From Acidobacteriota bacterium (GTDB taxonomy: Bacteria > Bacillota > Syntrophomonadia > Syntrophomonadales > DTU052): DNA of 64,000 bases. Position 1 is the stretch's first letter, and each line of letters starts with the position of its first letter. Under the pieces are notes generated by a model that was not told the DNA's origin, did not search any database, and saw only the letters and a list, made by a program, of their open reading frames with translations. The translations under genes and the position numbers were made by a program. The stretch is taken from positions 11,315-75,314 of the forward strand of contig JBLNAX010000037.1 of assembly GCA_050259595.1 (NCBI GenBank), in the 5' to 3' direction. Shown here one piece after another: positions 1 through 8,460 of this stretch.

Positions 1-97
1 TTGAAATGTCCGTAAACGCAGTAAATACGGAACTTGTCACGTGGATAAAAAAAGATTAACATGGTTACATAAAAAGATAAGGAGGTATATTTAGGGG

Positions 98-946
98 ATG
101 CCGGAAAGAATAGCGCTGATGACCGACAGCGCCTGTGATCTCCCACCGGAGATACTGCAGAGTCATTCGGTTTTCGTTCTGCCGCTAAAGATCATTTATG
201 GGGACCAGGAATATAGGGACAAGGTGGACATTCAGCCGGAAGAAGTCTACGACAGAATGCCGGAACTTATCCCGACTACTTCTATGCCCAGCCCGGGAGA
301 GATCCAGAACATATTCGATGAAATCAAAAGCCATGGCTATACTAAGATACTAGCCATGCATATTTCTAGTGGACTCTCTGGTACTTTTAATGCTGTCAAG
401 ATGATAGCTCAGGAGATCACTGACATGCAGATCGAGGTTTTTGACTGCAGAACATTGTCAGTCGGGCAGGGATTTCAGATCTATGAAGCGGCAAAGGACA
501 TTGCACGGGGGTTGGATCTTAGTAAAATTCTAGAAAACATAGAAAAGAGACGGGCCAAGGTTCAAGTATTTTACGTTATTGAGACCCTGGAGTACTTGAA
601 GAGAGGCGGCCGGATCGGGAAAGTAGCTGCGGTGTTGGGGGAACTATTGCAGCTAAAGCCCATTATTTCAGTCGATGATGAAGGCAAGTATTTCACTTAC
701 TGCAAAACGAGGGGGCGCAAGCAGTCGATTGATAAACTGGCTGAAATCATTGAGAAAGCAGTAAACACAAACCAGGTCGATATTGCTGTAATGCACGGCG
801 GGGCCCTGGAAGAGGCTAAAAAGCTCAAGGAACGGCTGCAGCATTTGCCCAATGTAAAGGAAATGCTGTTCGGACAGATAAGTCCGGCGTTGGGAGTCCA
901 TACTGGCCCTGGATTGATAGGGGTCTCCTATGTCGAAGCACTGTAA
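98..946 (+). CDS. DegV-family (fatty-acid-binding) protein
   Basis: Complete 282-aa ORF. N-terminal IALMTDSACDLP and the overall DegV-like sequence support the call. AAGGAGG lies upstream and a hairpin terminator follows. Confidence 0.85.
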   Translation: MPERIALMTDSACDLPPEILQSHSVFVLPLKIIYGDQEYRDKVDIQPEEVYDRMPELIPTTSMPSPGEIQNIFDEIKSHGYTKILAMHISSGLSGTFNAVKMIAQEITDMQIEVFDCRTLSVGQGFQIYEAAKDIARGLDLSKILENIEKRRAKVQVFYVIETLEYLKRGGRIGKVAAVLGELLQLKPIISVDDEGKYFTYCKTRGRKQSIDKLAEIIEKAVNTNQVDIAVMHGGALEEAKKLKERLQHLPNVKEMLFGQISPALGVHTGPGLIGVSYVEAL

Positions 947-960
947 GGGTTAATTAAAAC

Positions 961-996
961 AAAAAGCCGTTGCTATAGACGCAGCGGCTTTTTTCG
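961..996 (+). terminator. Rho-independent terminator after degV
   Basis: AAGCCGTTGC / GCAGCGGCTT stem followed by a T-run. Confidence 0.7.
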
Positions 997-1124
997 TTAT
1001 ATCGCACTAATGAGTTCGTAATTATCTACGAATCCTGGAATAAAATGCTTGATCGTTTTTCAGTTATATCGCGGCACCGCCCATAATACAATGTCTTAAA
1101 ACAGGCAGAGGGCGTGAGACACGG

Positions 1125-1811
1125 ATGCGATGGAAATGGCTTATTGTAGGCTTGATCATATTAGCCGCTGCGGGTGGAGCCGCTTGGTGGATGGTTCCGG
1201 TGTACCAGGAGGGCCGAATTGACGGCCGAGAACTGCTGGTATCTGCCTTGAAAAACACTGCTTCAACACAAAGCTTCAGATATGAACTGGAGTCATACCT
1301 AACAGTTGAAGGGCGGAAGGAGGTGATAAGCAAGGTAGAAGGCGAAAAAAGCAGCGAAGGCAACATACATATAAAGGGGGAGATGGTTAAGACACCAGTC
1401 AATATATACCACTTTAAACAGTCGATATTCAACTGGGATTCATTTGCGAAACGATGGCTGGTTATCAACGATGCCCAGAGCAATTCCACAAAGGTTTTGA
1501 TTTCCGAGCTTGACCCGCTGTCAAACTTTAATTTTAAGAATATAGGTGAGGTCAAAAAAGAGGGTTTTGAAACAATTGATGGCAGCAAGTGTATGATTAT
1601 CTGCTGCAGGCCTAGCGTGGAAAACGAATTGATGGAGATCCTTTGGCAGGACTTTACTTATAAAATATGGATCGATGTAAACGAAAGGGTGATTAAGAAA
1701 ACGGCACTTTCAGCGGTCAGCAAAAATAATTCCAACACGTTCCTGAGCCTGAAAGTTACGTTCAAAGATTATAATTCACAGATAAAAATCGATAAGCCTA
1801 ATGTGGAATAA
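1125..1811 (+). CDS. N-terminally membrane-anchored hypothetical protein
   Basis: 228-aa ORF with one N-terminal hydrophobic helix (WLIVGLIILAAAGGAAWW). No recognisable catalytic motif. The stop codon sits inside the 28-bp hairpin repeat. Confidence 0.6.
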   Translation: MRWKWLIVGLIILAAAGGAAWWMVPVYQEGRIDGRELLVSALKNTASTQSFRYELESYLTVEGRKEVISKVEGEKSSEGNIHIKGEMVKTPVNIYHFKQSIFNWDSFAKRWLVINDAQSNSTKVLISELDPLSNFNFKNIGEVKKEGFETIDGSKCMIICCRPSVENELMEILWQDFTYKIWIDVNERVIKKTALSAVSKNNSNTFLSLKVTFKDYNSQIKIDKPNVE

Positions 1812-1833
1812 GGCCTCCTCGGAGGCCTTATTC
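1806..1833 (+). repeat. 28-bp terminator-like hairpin, left copy of a direct repeat
   Basis: GAATAAGGCCTC-CTCG-GAGGCCTTATTC. It is identical to 2031-2058 except for two loop bases. Confidence 0.85.
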
Positions 1834-2030
1834 AGCTTAATGACAAAAGCAAATCTCGGCGTTATTTCGCAAAGCCCGTTCAATCAACGTACTCCACAAA
1901 ACGACTTGACGGCGAGCTGTTTCGCCGGAATGCCGACGGATCGAATCTGGCGCTTGCGTCTGATGAGCAGCGGCCAATCACGGGCTTTTCTCATGCCTTG
2001 ATCTTCGCTCCCGTCATCAACCTGACCAAA
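1834..2030. mobile_element. MITE-like non-autonomous element, long copy
   Basis: The ends AATGACAAAAG... and ...GTCAT form imperfect terminal inverted repeats. The arms match the second copy at 29912-30022 over about 50 nt on the left and about 40 nt on the right. No transposase is present. The 66-aa track ORF at 1801-2001 has no RBS or coding character. Confidence 0.55.
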
Positions 2031-2058
2031 GAATAAGGCCTCGTTGGAGGCCTTATTC
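2031..2058 (+). repeat. 28-bp terminator hairpin, right copy, with U-tract
   Basis: GAATAAGGCCTC-GTTG-GAGGCCTTATTC followed by TTTTG. This is probably the functional terminator of the upstream gene. Confidence 0.8.
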
Positions 2059-2060
2059 TT

Positions 2061-2090
2061 TTGACACCCTCCGATTGGTGCTGATATAAT
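2061..2090 (+). promoter_or_regulatory. Sigma-A-type promoter of hpt-guaA
   Basis: TTGACA (2061-2066), 18-nt spacer, TGaTATAAT extended -10 (TATAAT at 2085-2090). Confidence 0.7.
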
Positions 2091-2111
2091 CCACCTATGG
2101 GAGGGATTAAT

Positions 2112-2651
2112 ATGAACCTACAGGATGTAAATATTTTGTTCTCCGAAGAGCAGATACAGGCGAGAGTTGCTGAGCTGGCTGCCGAAATAAGCCGTGATTA
2201 TAACGGCCAAAAACTATTGGTGGTCGGTATACTTAAGGGTGCCTTTATTTTTATGTCGGATCTTATACGCAACTTGGATATCAATGTGCAGGTGGACTTC
2301 ATGGATGTATCCAGCTATGGGACATCAACAGAATCTTCTGGAGAAGTTCGCATCATGAAGGATCTGGAGGAGCCTATCGAAGGCCGCAATGTATTAGTTG
2401 TCGAAGACATTATAGATACTGGTCTCACTATCAATTACATTCTGGAAATCCTACACAAACGCCGGCCGCGTACACTTAGAGTATGTTCCTTCCTCGACAA
2501 GCCAGCCCGCCGCAAAGTAGGCGTGATTCCAGATTATTGTGGTTTCCAGATCCCTGACCATTTTATTGTTGGCTATGGCTTGGACTATGCTGAAGAATAC
2601 CGGGCTTTGCCCCATGTGTGCATCTTAAAGCCAGAAATATATTCTAAGTAG
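2112..2651 (+). CDS. hpt: Hypoxanthine-guanine phosphoribosyltransferase
   Basis: PRPP-binding motif [13 protein letters not shown] and typical HGPRT length. The ATG at 2112 has GGGAGGG 7 nt upstream. The track start at 2097 would coincide with the predicted transcription start site (TSS). Confidence 0.9.
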   Translation: MNLQDVNILFSEEQIQARVAELAAEISRDYNGQKLLVVGILKGAFIFMSDLIRNLDINVQVDFMDVSSYGTSTESSGEVRIMKDLEEPIEGRNVLVVEDIIDTGLTINYILEILHKRRPRTLRVCSFLDKPARRKVGVIPDYCGFQIPDHFIVGYGLDYAEEYRALPHVCILKPEIYSK

Positions 2652-2661
2652 GGGCGTGTTT

Positions 2662-4197
2662 ATGAGCGAATTAGTAGTAGTACTGGATTTTGGCGGGCAG
2701 TACAACCAGTTGATCGCCAGAAGAGTTAGAGAGCTGTCCGTCTACAGCGAAATGCATCCCTATGATATCTCCTATGACGAATTGATGGCCATGAAGCCCA
2801 AGGGAATCATATTCTCTGGTGGACCAGCCAGTGTGCATGCCGAAGGAGCACCTCGCTGCGATGAGCGGATATTTACCGCCGGTATCCCAGTTCTGGGTAT
2901 ATGCTATGGCATGCAGTTGATGGCTCAGGAGCTGGGCGGCAAAGTTGAGCGTGCCGAGCTTCGGGAATACGGCAAAAGTATGCTGAAACTGGTAGCATAT
3001 GACGACCCTATGTTGGCTGGTCTGCCGCAGGAAATGCAGGTCTGGATGAGTCATGGCGATTCAATTTCACAGGTTCCCGATGGATTTGAAATAACATCTT
3101 ACACCAGCAATTGCCCAGCAGCCAGCATGTGCAATCCAATGAAGAATCTGTTTGGAGTGCAGTTCCACCCGGAAGTGCGCCACACCCCGCAGGGCAATGA
3201 TATCCTGCGCAACTTCCTGTTCAATGTCTGCCAGTGCAAGGGCGATTGGAATCTGCGCCATTTCATAGAGCAAACAGTCAGTGAGATCAAAGCCCAGGTG
3301 GGTGATAAGAAGGTTATCTGCGGGCTTTCCGGCGGAGTTGATTCTTCGGTGGCAGCGGCTATGGTGCACCGTGCAATCGGTGACCAGTTGACTTGTGTTT
3401 TCGTGGATCATGGCCTGCTGCGCAAGAATGAAGCCGAGCAGGTGGTGGAAACCTTTGGCGACCACATGAAAATGAATCTGGTCCATGTCGATGCCAGTGC
3501 CCGTTTTCTGGGCAAGCTGGCGGGCAAGAGCGACCCGGAAGAAAAACGCAAGATCATTGGCCATGAGTTTATCCGGGTGTTTGAAGAAGAAGCCCGTAAG
3601 CTGGGGGATATTGAGTTTCTAGTACAGGGCACTCTCTATCCCGACGTTATTGAGAGCGGCACCAAGACCGCGGCTACCATTAAGAGTCATCACAATGTAG
3701 GCGGTCTGCCCGAAGACATGCAGTTTAAGCTTATCGAACCGCTGCGCCTGTTGTTCAAGGATGAGGTGCGTGCAATTGGAGAGGAACTGGGACTGTCTGA
3801 TGAGATCGTATGGCGTCAGCCGTTCCCCGGGCCAGGACTGGCCATTAGGATTCTTGGTGATATCACTCCAGAGAAGCTGGATATTCTAAAAGAAGCCGAT
3901 GACATCGTAGTTGGCGAGATCCGCAAGGCTGGATTATATAAAGAGATCTGGCAATCTTTCGCGGTCCTCCCGTCGAATATGAAGAGTGTAGGGGTCATGG
4001 GCGATGAACGCACCTATGCTTATCCTATCGTCGTACGTGCAGTTACCAGCGACGACGCTATGACAGCTGACTGGGCACATATGCCTTACGAACTGCTGGA
4101 CATCATATCCCGCCGCATCGTGAACGAAGTAAAGGGCATCAACCGGGTGGTTTACGACATAACCTCAAAACCGCCGGGCACCATTGAGTGGGAGTAA
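2662..4197 (+). CDS. guaA: GMP synthase (glutamine-hydrolysing)
   Basis: GATase-1 domain (GICYGMQ, HPE), ATP-PPase SGGVDSS P-loop and a conserved C-terminal dimerisation domain ending PPGTIEWE. Confidence 0.97.
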   Translation: MSELVVVLDFGGQYNQLIARRVRELSVYSEMHPYDISYDELMAMKPKGIIFSGGPASVHAEGAPRCDERIFTAGIPVLGICYGMQLMAQELGGKVERAELREYGKSMLKLVAYDDPMLAGLPQEMQVWMSHGDSISQVPDGFEITSYTSNCPAASMCNPMKNLFGVQFHPEVRHTPQGNDILRNFLFNVCQCKGDWNLRHFIEQTVSEIKAQVGDKKVICGLSGGVDSSVAAAMVHRAIGDQLTCVFVDHGLLRKNEAEQVVETFGDHMKMNLVHVDASARFLGKLAGKSDPEEKRKIIGHEFIRVFEEEARKLGDIEFLVQGTLYPDVIESGTKTAATIKSHHNVGGLPEDMQFKLIEPLRLLFKDEVRAIGEELGLSDEIVWRQPFPGPGLAIRILGDITPEKLDILKEADDIVVGEIRKAGLYKEIWQSFAVLPSNMKSVGVMGDERTYAYPIVVRAVTSDDAMTADWAHMPYELLDIISRRIVNEVKGINRVVYDITSKPPGTIEWE

Positions 4198-4222
4198 GAG
4201 TCTAAACTATAACATGCAGAAT

Positions 4223-4280
4223 AAACAGGTGGTGCAGATTCGAGCCATTTTCGGCAAGTTCTAAACCACCTGTTTCATTT
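4223..4280 (+). terminator. Possible terminator after guaA (long-loop hairpin)
   Basis: AAACAGGTGGT ... ACCACCTGTTT followed by a T-rich stretch. The loop is unusually long at about 31 nt. Confidence 0.45.
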
Positions 4281-4624
4281 TATGAGCTGTTAGACTTTTT
4301 TGATTAGTCTCTTACTTACCCTAAATCCTTCGATTATCTGACACACATCGAGATATCAATTCAGCTTCCAAGCGTTCGACAATCAACTGTAATTGAATGC
4401 CGTGACCATTGTTGCGGTATTACAGAGACTTGCGGCTGGTGAATATCCGCGAGCATCCTGTCAGAATTGCAGGGAATTTTGTTCTTGCCCCTTATATGTA
4501 AAATTCTTCATAGTATATAGTGACGAATCAAATCAAGGAATAATTTCCAAACAAATTGACAACTTATTATAAATTTCGTCGGGGAAGGGATCAGAGAATA
4601 AACAGAACAAAAGGGGTTACATTA

Positions 4625-5029
4625 ATGCATTCAAAAATCATGTATGTTGAGTTGAAAACAGGATATCTTCATAACGGTCCGGCTTGGATCGGTCGGGTAA
4701 TGCTGTCTAAGGAAGGCCAGACTGCTTATTTTAATCAAAGAGAATTCTGCAAGGCACGCAGTTGGAGGGCAAACTATTGTGACATTGAAACTGGTGAGGA
4801 GTACTGGATATCAGAGGTCAAGAAGAAGGGGCGCGATCGTCATGCGGCGGGATTTGGCAAAATCAATATCGATGAAAAGGTAGTTGCTGAGTATCTGAGA
4901 ATGACCAAACAGAAAGCCCTTGATCGGAAAAAGTTTAAAGAAGTCATCATCTTGGACATTTTTCCGAGTGAAAGACACCTCAGGTCCAATAGCCAAACTG
5001 ACGGCCTTGGTGCGGCGCTGGGCTTGTGA
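4625..5029 (+). CDS. Conserved hypothetical protein
   Basis: The ATG at 4625 has AAGGGG upstream. The sequence MYVELKTGY..NGPAWIG...YWISGVKK-like resembles a recurring uncharacterised family. The track start at 4556 lacks an RBS. Confidence 0.55.
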   Translation: MHSKIMYVELKTGYLHNGPAWIGRVMLSKEGQTAYFNQREFCKARSWRANYCDIETGEEYWISEVKKKGRDRHAAGFGKINIDEKVVAEYLRMTKQKALDRKKFKEVIILDIFPSERHLRSNSQTDGLGAALGL

Positions 5030-5049
5030 TTCCCAATGAATAGACAAAT

Positions 5050-5080
5050 AAAAAACGGTGGTTTTTAGCCACCGTTTCCG
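5050..5080. terminator. Bidirectional terminator between convergent genes
   Basis: AAACGGTGG-TTTTTAG-CCACCGTTT flanked by A-run and T-run. Confidence 0.7.
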
Positions 5081-5098
5081 GTTAACCTCGACGAACGG

Positions 5099-5392
5099 TT
5101 ACCAGAGAGGTTTGATTTTATAATTTTCCAGTGTTTGCTTCATCATGTCAGAGTATGTGGCTTGGAATGTATCCTGTGCTGTCTTCAGGCTTTTAATGGC
5201 CTCCCCTGCCATTAAAGCAAATCTCTCATGTGTGTCTCTGCTCTGATCCAATGAGCTTGACATCATGTCACTCCAGTTTTTGCTGAACTCAAGACTCTGG
5301 TCAAGACTCTTCATGTAAGTCTCCCACATCTTGTCGTTCATGTCAGTGATAACCTTGTTCCCTTGTTCCAGTGAACTAATGAACCTTTGCAT
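5099..5392 (-). CDS. Small all-helical hypothetical protein (phasin-like composition)
   Basis: 97-aa ORF with GGAGGGG upstream. No motif allows a functional call. Confidence 0.55.
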   Translation of the reverse strand: MQRFISSLEQGNKVITDMNDKMWETYMKSLDQSLEFSKNWSDMMSSSLDQSRDTHERFALMAGEAIKSLKTAQDTFQATYSDMMKQTLENYKIKPLW

Positions 5393-5694
5393 TTTAGCCC
5401 CTCCAATTTTATCTTTTAATATTTAGTCGACACAAGAATATTTTACCTTTTTTCTACTAAATTAGTCTACCATTAGTTTGCGAAATATTCACTCCTTTTG
5501 TCTTAACTAACCGAAATATGACGATAAATAACCATAATAGTCGTATTAAATAACCAAAACAAAAGAGATATCCGGCGTACTGGTTAGAACATTAAATTTG
5601 CTTTATAATGTTTAATATAAATAACACCTTGATCAGAAGGACCGGTATTTGGAGAGTTACGGACCATTGATGATATGGACTTCGGCGCGGTGAC

Positions 5695-6318
5695 ATGTCA
5701 TGGCCTTTGTTATTCTGGATTGCGAGGGAGGCGTTTGCTATAAAGAGAGTGCTCCTAGTCAATGACTGCAAACTTGAATGTCTTATCATGAAGGACATGC
5801 TTGTCAGTTTGGGATATGATGTGAAAACATCGGATGAGAATGACTGTATGAAACTCGTTCGCACTTACGATCCAGACATTCTGATTGCCAATCGGACCAT
5901 GAACCGCCTCAGTGGAGATATGATCATTGAGACCGTTAAAACATATAAGCCTGAAACACGGGGCATTCTTTCGTCATGCAGCCCAATCCGATTGGAGGAT
6001 TACATAGAGCAAAAAGTTGATGCAGTGATTCAAACACCTGTCGATGCCTCCGAGTTAAAAAAGATTTTGATCAGCTACCATCATCCGGAAACTGCATCAG
6101 CGGTAGTAGCTGAGTCCAAGCCGATTGTTTATGAGGCTGATGTGAAGCCGCCAGACTCTAAACCGCAGATAAGACCGGAGACCACTACGGGTACCCAGCT
6201 AACAGCGCCTCCACCAGTTAAATATGTATTCTGTCCTTTCTGCGGAGGTAAGCTTATTGATGTTCCTGGAGATTTTGATTTTTGTCCTTTCTGCGGTCAT
6301 AAGCTGAATGCTAGTTAA
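5695..6318 (+). CDS. Pseudo-receiver (CheY-like fold lacking phospho-acceptor) fused to a C-terminal double zinc ribbon
   Basis: Receiver-like beta-alpha pattern (KRVLLVNDC ... DILIANRTM ... GILSSCS ... AVIQTPV), a Pro-rich linker, then CPFCGGKL...CPFCGHKL. The start codon is uncertain. Confidence 0.6.
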   Translation: MSWPLLFWIAREAFAIKRVLLVNDCKLECLIMKDMLVSLGYDVKTSDENDCMKLVRTYDPDILIANRTMNRLSGDMIIETVKTYKPETRGILSSCSPIRLEDYIEQKVDAVIQTPVDASELKKILISYHHPETASAVVAESKPIVYEADVKPPDSKPQIRPETTTGTQLTAPPPVKYVFCPFCGGKLIDVPGDFDFCPFCGHKLNAS

Positions 6319-6437
6319 AAGATTTACCGCCCACCACCTCTTTACTGATGAGGACTATTGTCCAGAAAACACAGTCTTGCCCAGTGTCGAAACATATCGA
6401 ATGCAATATTGATCAGTACAATGCCAATACCTTGGCC

Positions 6438-7148
6438 TTAGTCTTCAATTCTCTGCATGTAATCCAATTCATCTCTTTTTAGATCGATGTAAAGTGTGCC
6501 ATCTGTGTTTAATCCGGCAAAAAACACATCCGTAATGCGGTCGATACTACGTTGGTGCAATTCTTGATAAAGCCATTCAAAGGATAAGTTATTCTGAACC
6601 AGGTTCTGTTCCAGTACCTGCCCGTCCTTGATTATTTCCGAAGCCATTCCCTCGTAAGTAGTCGTTAGCCCAAGGTCTTTGGGCGTTACCGGCTGATACG
6701 GGGTCTTCTTTAAGATGCTCAGCACTCCATGAGGCTCGAGTACGGCAAATTCCACCTGCCCGATATTGAACACACCTTGTTCGCGAAGCTGGCGGTGCAG
6801 GTCATCAAGGTGATAGCGGGTGCGTCCCATGTTTTTCTCCATAATCTTACCGTTCTGAATCACAACTACCGGTTCTCCTTCCAGCAGTTTACGGGCAGGA
6901 AGGCTTTTGACCGTAATGATACCCGCCCCGATAGTGGCTAATGTCAGGATGATCGGACTTAAAAGCACCTGTAATCCTTTAACAGATGAGGTGATAAAGC
7001 CGCCGGCTATTGTGCCGATAGTGATGCCGACGACAAAATCAAAGAAGGTAAGTTGGGATAAAAGCTTTTTCCCGATCAATCTGGCCAGTACAACCAGAAG
7101 AACGAAAACCACCAGCGATTCCCAAAGCACAGTCAAGTAGATGTTCAT
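6438..7148 (-). CDS. DUF421 / YetF-like membrane protein
   Basis: The N-terminal three-TM region with GKK.LSQLT.FDFVV.ITIG and a C-terminal soluble domain are typical of the DUF421 family. Confidence 0.75.
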   Translation of the reverse strand: MNIYLTVLWESLVVFVLLVVLARLIGKKLLSQLTFFDFVVGITIGTIAGGFITSSVKGLQVLLSPIILTLATIGAGIITVKSLPARKLLEGEPVVVIQNGKIMEKNMGRTRYHLDDLHRQLREQGVFNIGQVEFAVLEPHGVLSILKKTPYQPVTPKDLGLTTTYEGMASEIIKDGQVLEQNLVQNNLSFEWLYQELHQRSIDRITDVFFAGLNTDGTLYIDLKRDELDYMQRIED

Positions 7149-7212
7149 GTCTACCTCGCTCTAACATTTTTGATTATTGTTAGATTCAATAGCGCTGCTT
7201 ATTCAGGGGGGC

Positions 7213-7242
7213 GTAAAAAGAGGCCGCATTTGCGGCCTCTCT
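7213..7242 (-). terminator. Rho-independent terminator of the 7268-7744 gene
   Basis: On the minus strand GAGGCCGC-AAAT-GCGGCCTC followed by TTTTT. Confidence 0.75.
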
Positions 7243-7267
7243 GTTGATATGTATACAACTGGGGTTG

Positions 7268-7744
7268 TTACTGGCCTTTTTTAAACTGGTAAATTACAAA
7301 TGCGGGAATTCCGCCGAATACCAGTGCTGCAACGGCCAAAAGCCACAAAGCTGGATTGAGGTTATAAGATAAAATGGACATGATCGTGATAACTGCGAAT
7401 AATAGCTGGCCGATAGCGCCAATCCGGAAGAACAGACGTGCAAAGCTCAAATCTTTTCTAGTGAATTCGGCGGCGTAACCAAATGCTACAAAAAATGCGC
7501 CTATCCCCTGGTACAAAAACGCTTCCAGAGGAGTCAAGGTGCAGCTGCGGGATAATAGGGCAAGCGGCATTAGGATCAATAAGATGCCGACTAGGTACTG
7601 GCCCCAGCCTAAGAACTGAAGCATCTTCATTAGCTTGGCTATTTTGGCCATCATCGCTGCCATAGCGGCTGGGTCTGGAGCCGGTGGAGCCTGGGCTTCC
7701 GCTGCCTGGGTGGAGTTATCCGGAGTCTCCGACAAGTACAACAC
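7268..7744 (-). CDS. Integral membrane protein, unknown function
   Basis: About four predicted TM helices after an Ala/Pro-rich N-terminus. The TTG at 7738 is better spaced from the GGGGG RBS than the track start at 7744. Confidence 0.6.
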   Translation of the reverse strand: MLYLSETPDNSTQAAEAQAPPAPDPAAMAAMMAKIAKLMKMLQFLGWGQYLVGILLILMPLALLSRSCTLTPLEAFLYQGIGAFFVAFGYAAEFTRKDLSFARLFFRIGAIGQLLFAVITIMSILSYNLNPALWLLAVAALVFGGIPAFVIYQFKKGQ

Positions 7745-8029
7745 CCCCTTTTTAATATGGATAATTATAACATGAGTGCGATTTCACTACTATAACTGAA
7801 AATTTGGTAATTTCGGTTAACTTAATATGTTTTTAATATTTATTAATATAAATTTAATCGAAATGACCCATTTATTTAACATTCAGTATTTAGAATATTT
7901 ATGTAGACTCATAGAGAAATATTTGGCGTGGAATTATATGGCAATTGCTGAATATAGATTTGTAAGGTGAGTTGTTTAGTGGTATGGATTCATGTGAACA
8001 CTGTTGTTTAGAATAAGGAGGTATTTACA

Positions 8030-8200
8030 ATGGATTTGTTGATCAAAGCATCGGCGAGTAAAATAATCCGGGCCTTAATGGATCTAGAAAGCGAGATTCA
8101 GGTCAAAATGAACCGTTATCCGGGGGCTGGTTTGGAAAATGAGCTAGCGGAAGTCCGCTCGGCCATTCACCAGTTAAGATCCAGGCTCGGAGACCTTTAG
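8030..8200 (+). CDS. Small hypothetical protein (56 aa), absent from the ORF track
   Basis: ATG preceded by AAGGAGG with 7-nt spacing. It encodes MDLLIKASASKIIRALMDLESEIQVKMNRYPGAGLENELAEVRSAIHQLRSRLGDL, which is predicted helical. Confidence 0.5.
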   Translation: MDLLIKASASKIIRALMDLESEIQVKMNRYPGAGLENELAEVRSAIHQLRSRLGDL

Positions 8201-8250
8201 AAAGCGGGAAATTGTCCCTGTGTTGCCGGTTAGGATTAGCCTATTCCAGG

Positions 8251-8279
8251 TTGACATATTTGCACCCTTTTGTTACTAT
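8251..8279 (+). promoter_or_regulatory. Sigma-A-type promoter of the pur operon
   Basis: TTGACA (8251-8256), 17-nt spacer, TACTAT (8274-8279). Confidence 0.75.
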
Positions 8280-8304
8280 CAGGCTAGAAAGCTAACAACA
8301 TAGC

Positions 8305-8400
8305 GAAAGTGTGCCTAGGGTTCCGCACAATTTCGTGGACTGGTCCAAGTGGCACAGGCGCATACAGCGCTACACCGGTGGGAGAAAAGCCCGGTCGGGG
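8305..8400 (+). promoter_or_regulatory. ykkC-like riboswitch aptamer, subtype 2 (probably PRPP-responsive)
   Basis: CTAGGGTTCCG ... CTGGTCCaAGtgG ... ACACcGGtGGGAgAAAAGCCCGG matches the ykkC/guanidine-I scaffold as I remember it (CTAGGGTTCCG ... CTGGTCCGAGAG ... ACACGG.GGGA.AAAAGCCCGGGAGA). The changes fall in the ligand-pocket segments. It lies directly upstream of purE. Confidence 0.7.
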
Positions 8401-8450
8401 AGGTTTCGCATATCAAGCGATTCCCCTTGACCGGGTTAATGATTTTTAGG
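8390..8450 (+). terminator. Riboswitch expression platform: intrinsic terminator overlapping the aptamer 3' strand
   Basis: CCCGGTCGGGGA ... TCCCCTTGACCGGG hairpin followed by TTAATGATTTTT. The left arm reuses the aptamer GCCCGG segment. Confidence 0.65.
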
Positions 8451-8460
8451 AGTGATATTT

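Noticed and set aside
1801-2001. 66-aa + strand ORF spanning the region after the 1125-1811 gene
   Set aside because: It has no RBS, starts inside a terminator hairpin, and runs through the MITE-like repeat. Its sequence has no protein-like features.
4280-4560. Slightly GC-richer patch in the guaA-downstream spacer with a 31-codon minus-strand ORF (MLADIHQPQVSVIPQQWSRHSITVDCRTLGS)
   Set aside because: It has no RBS and no recognisable family, and it is too short to distinguish a decayed gene remnant from noise.
6385-6391. Spo0A-box-like heptamers TGTCGAA (here and at 56320-56326)
   Set aside because: A 7-mer is expected several times by chance in 64 kb on two strands. The copy at 6385 lies between convergent gene ends, where it has no regulatory logic.
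8300-8400. Possible purine (guanine/adenine) or ZTP riboswitch upstream of purE
   Set aside because: The purine-aptamer core (…UAUA..CGCGUGGAUAUGGCACGCA…CCGUAAA…) and the ZTP motifs (GGGUCGUGACUGGCG … CCGCCUGGGC) are not present. The conserved blocks match the ykkC scaffold instead.
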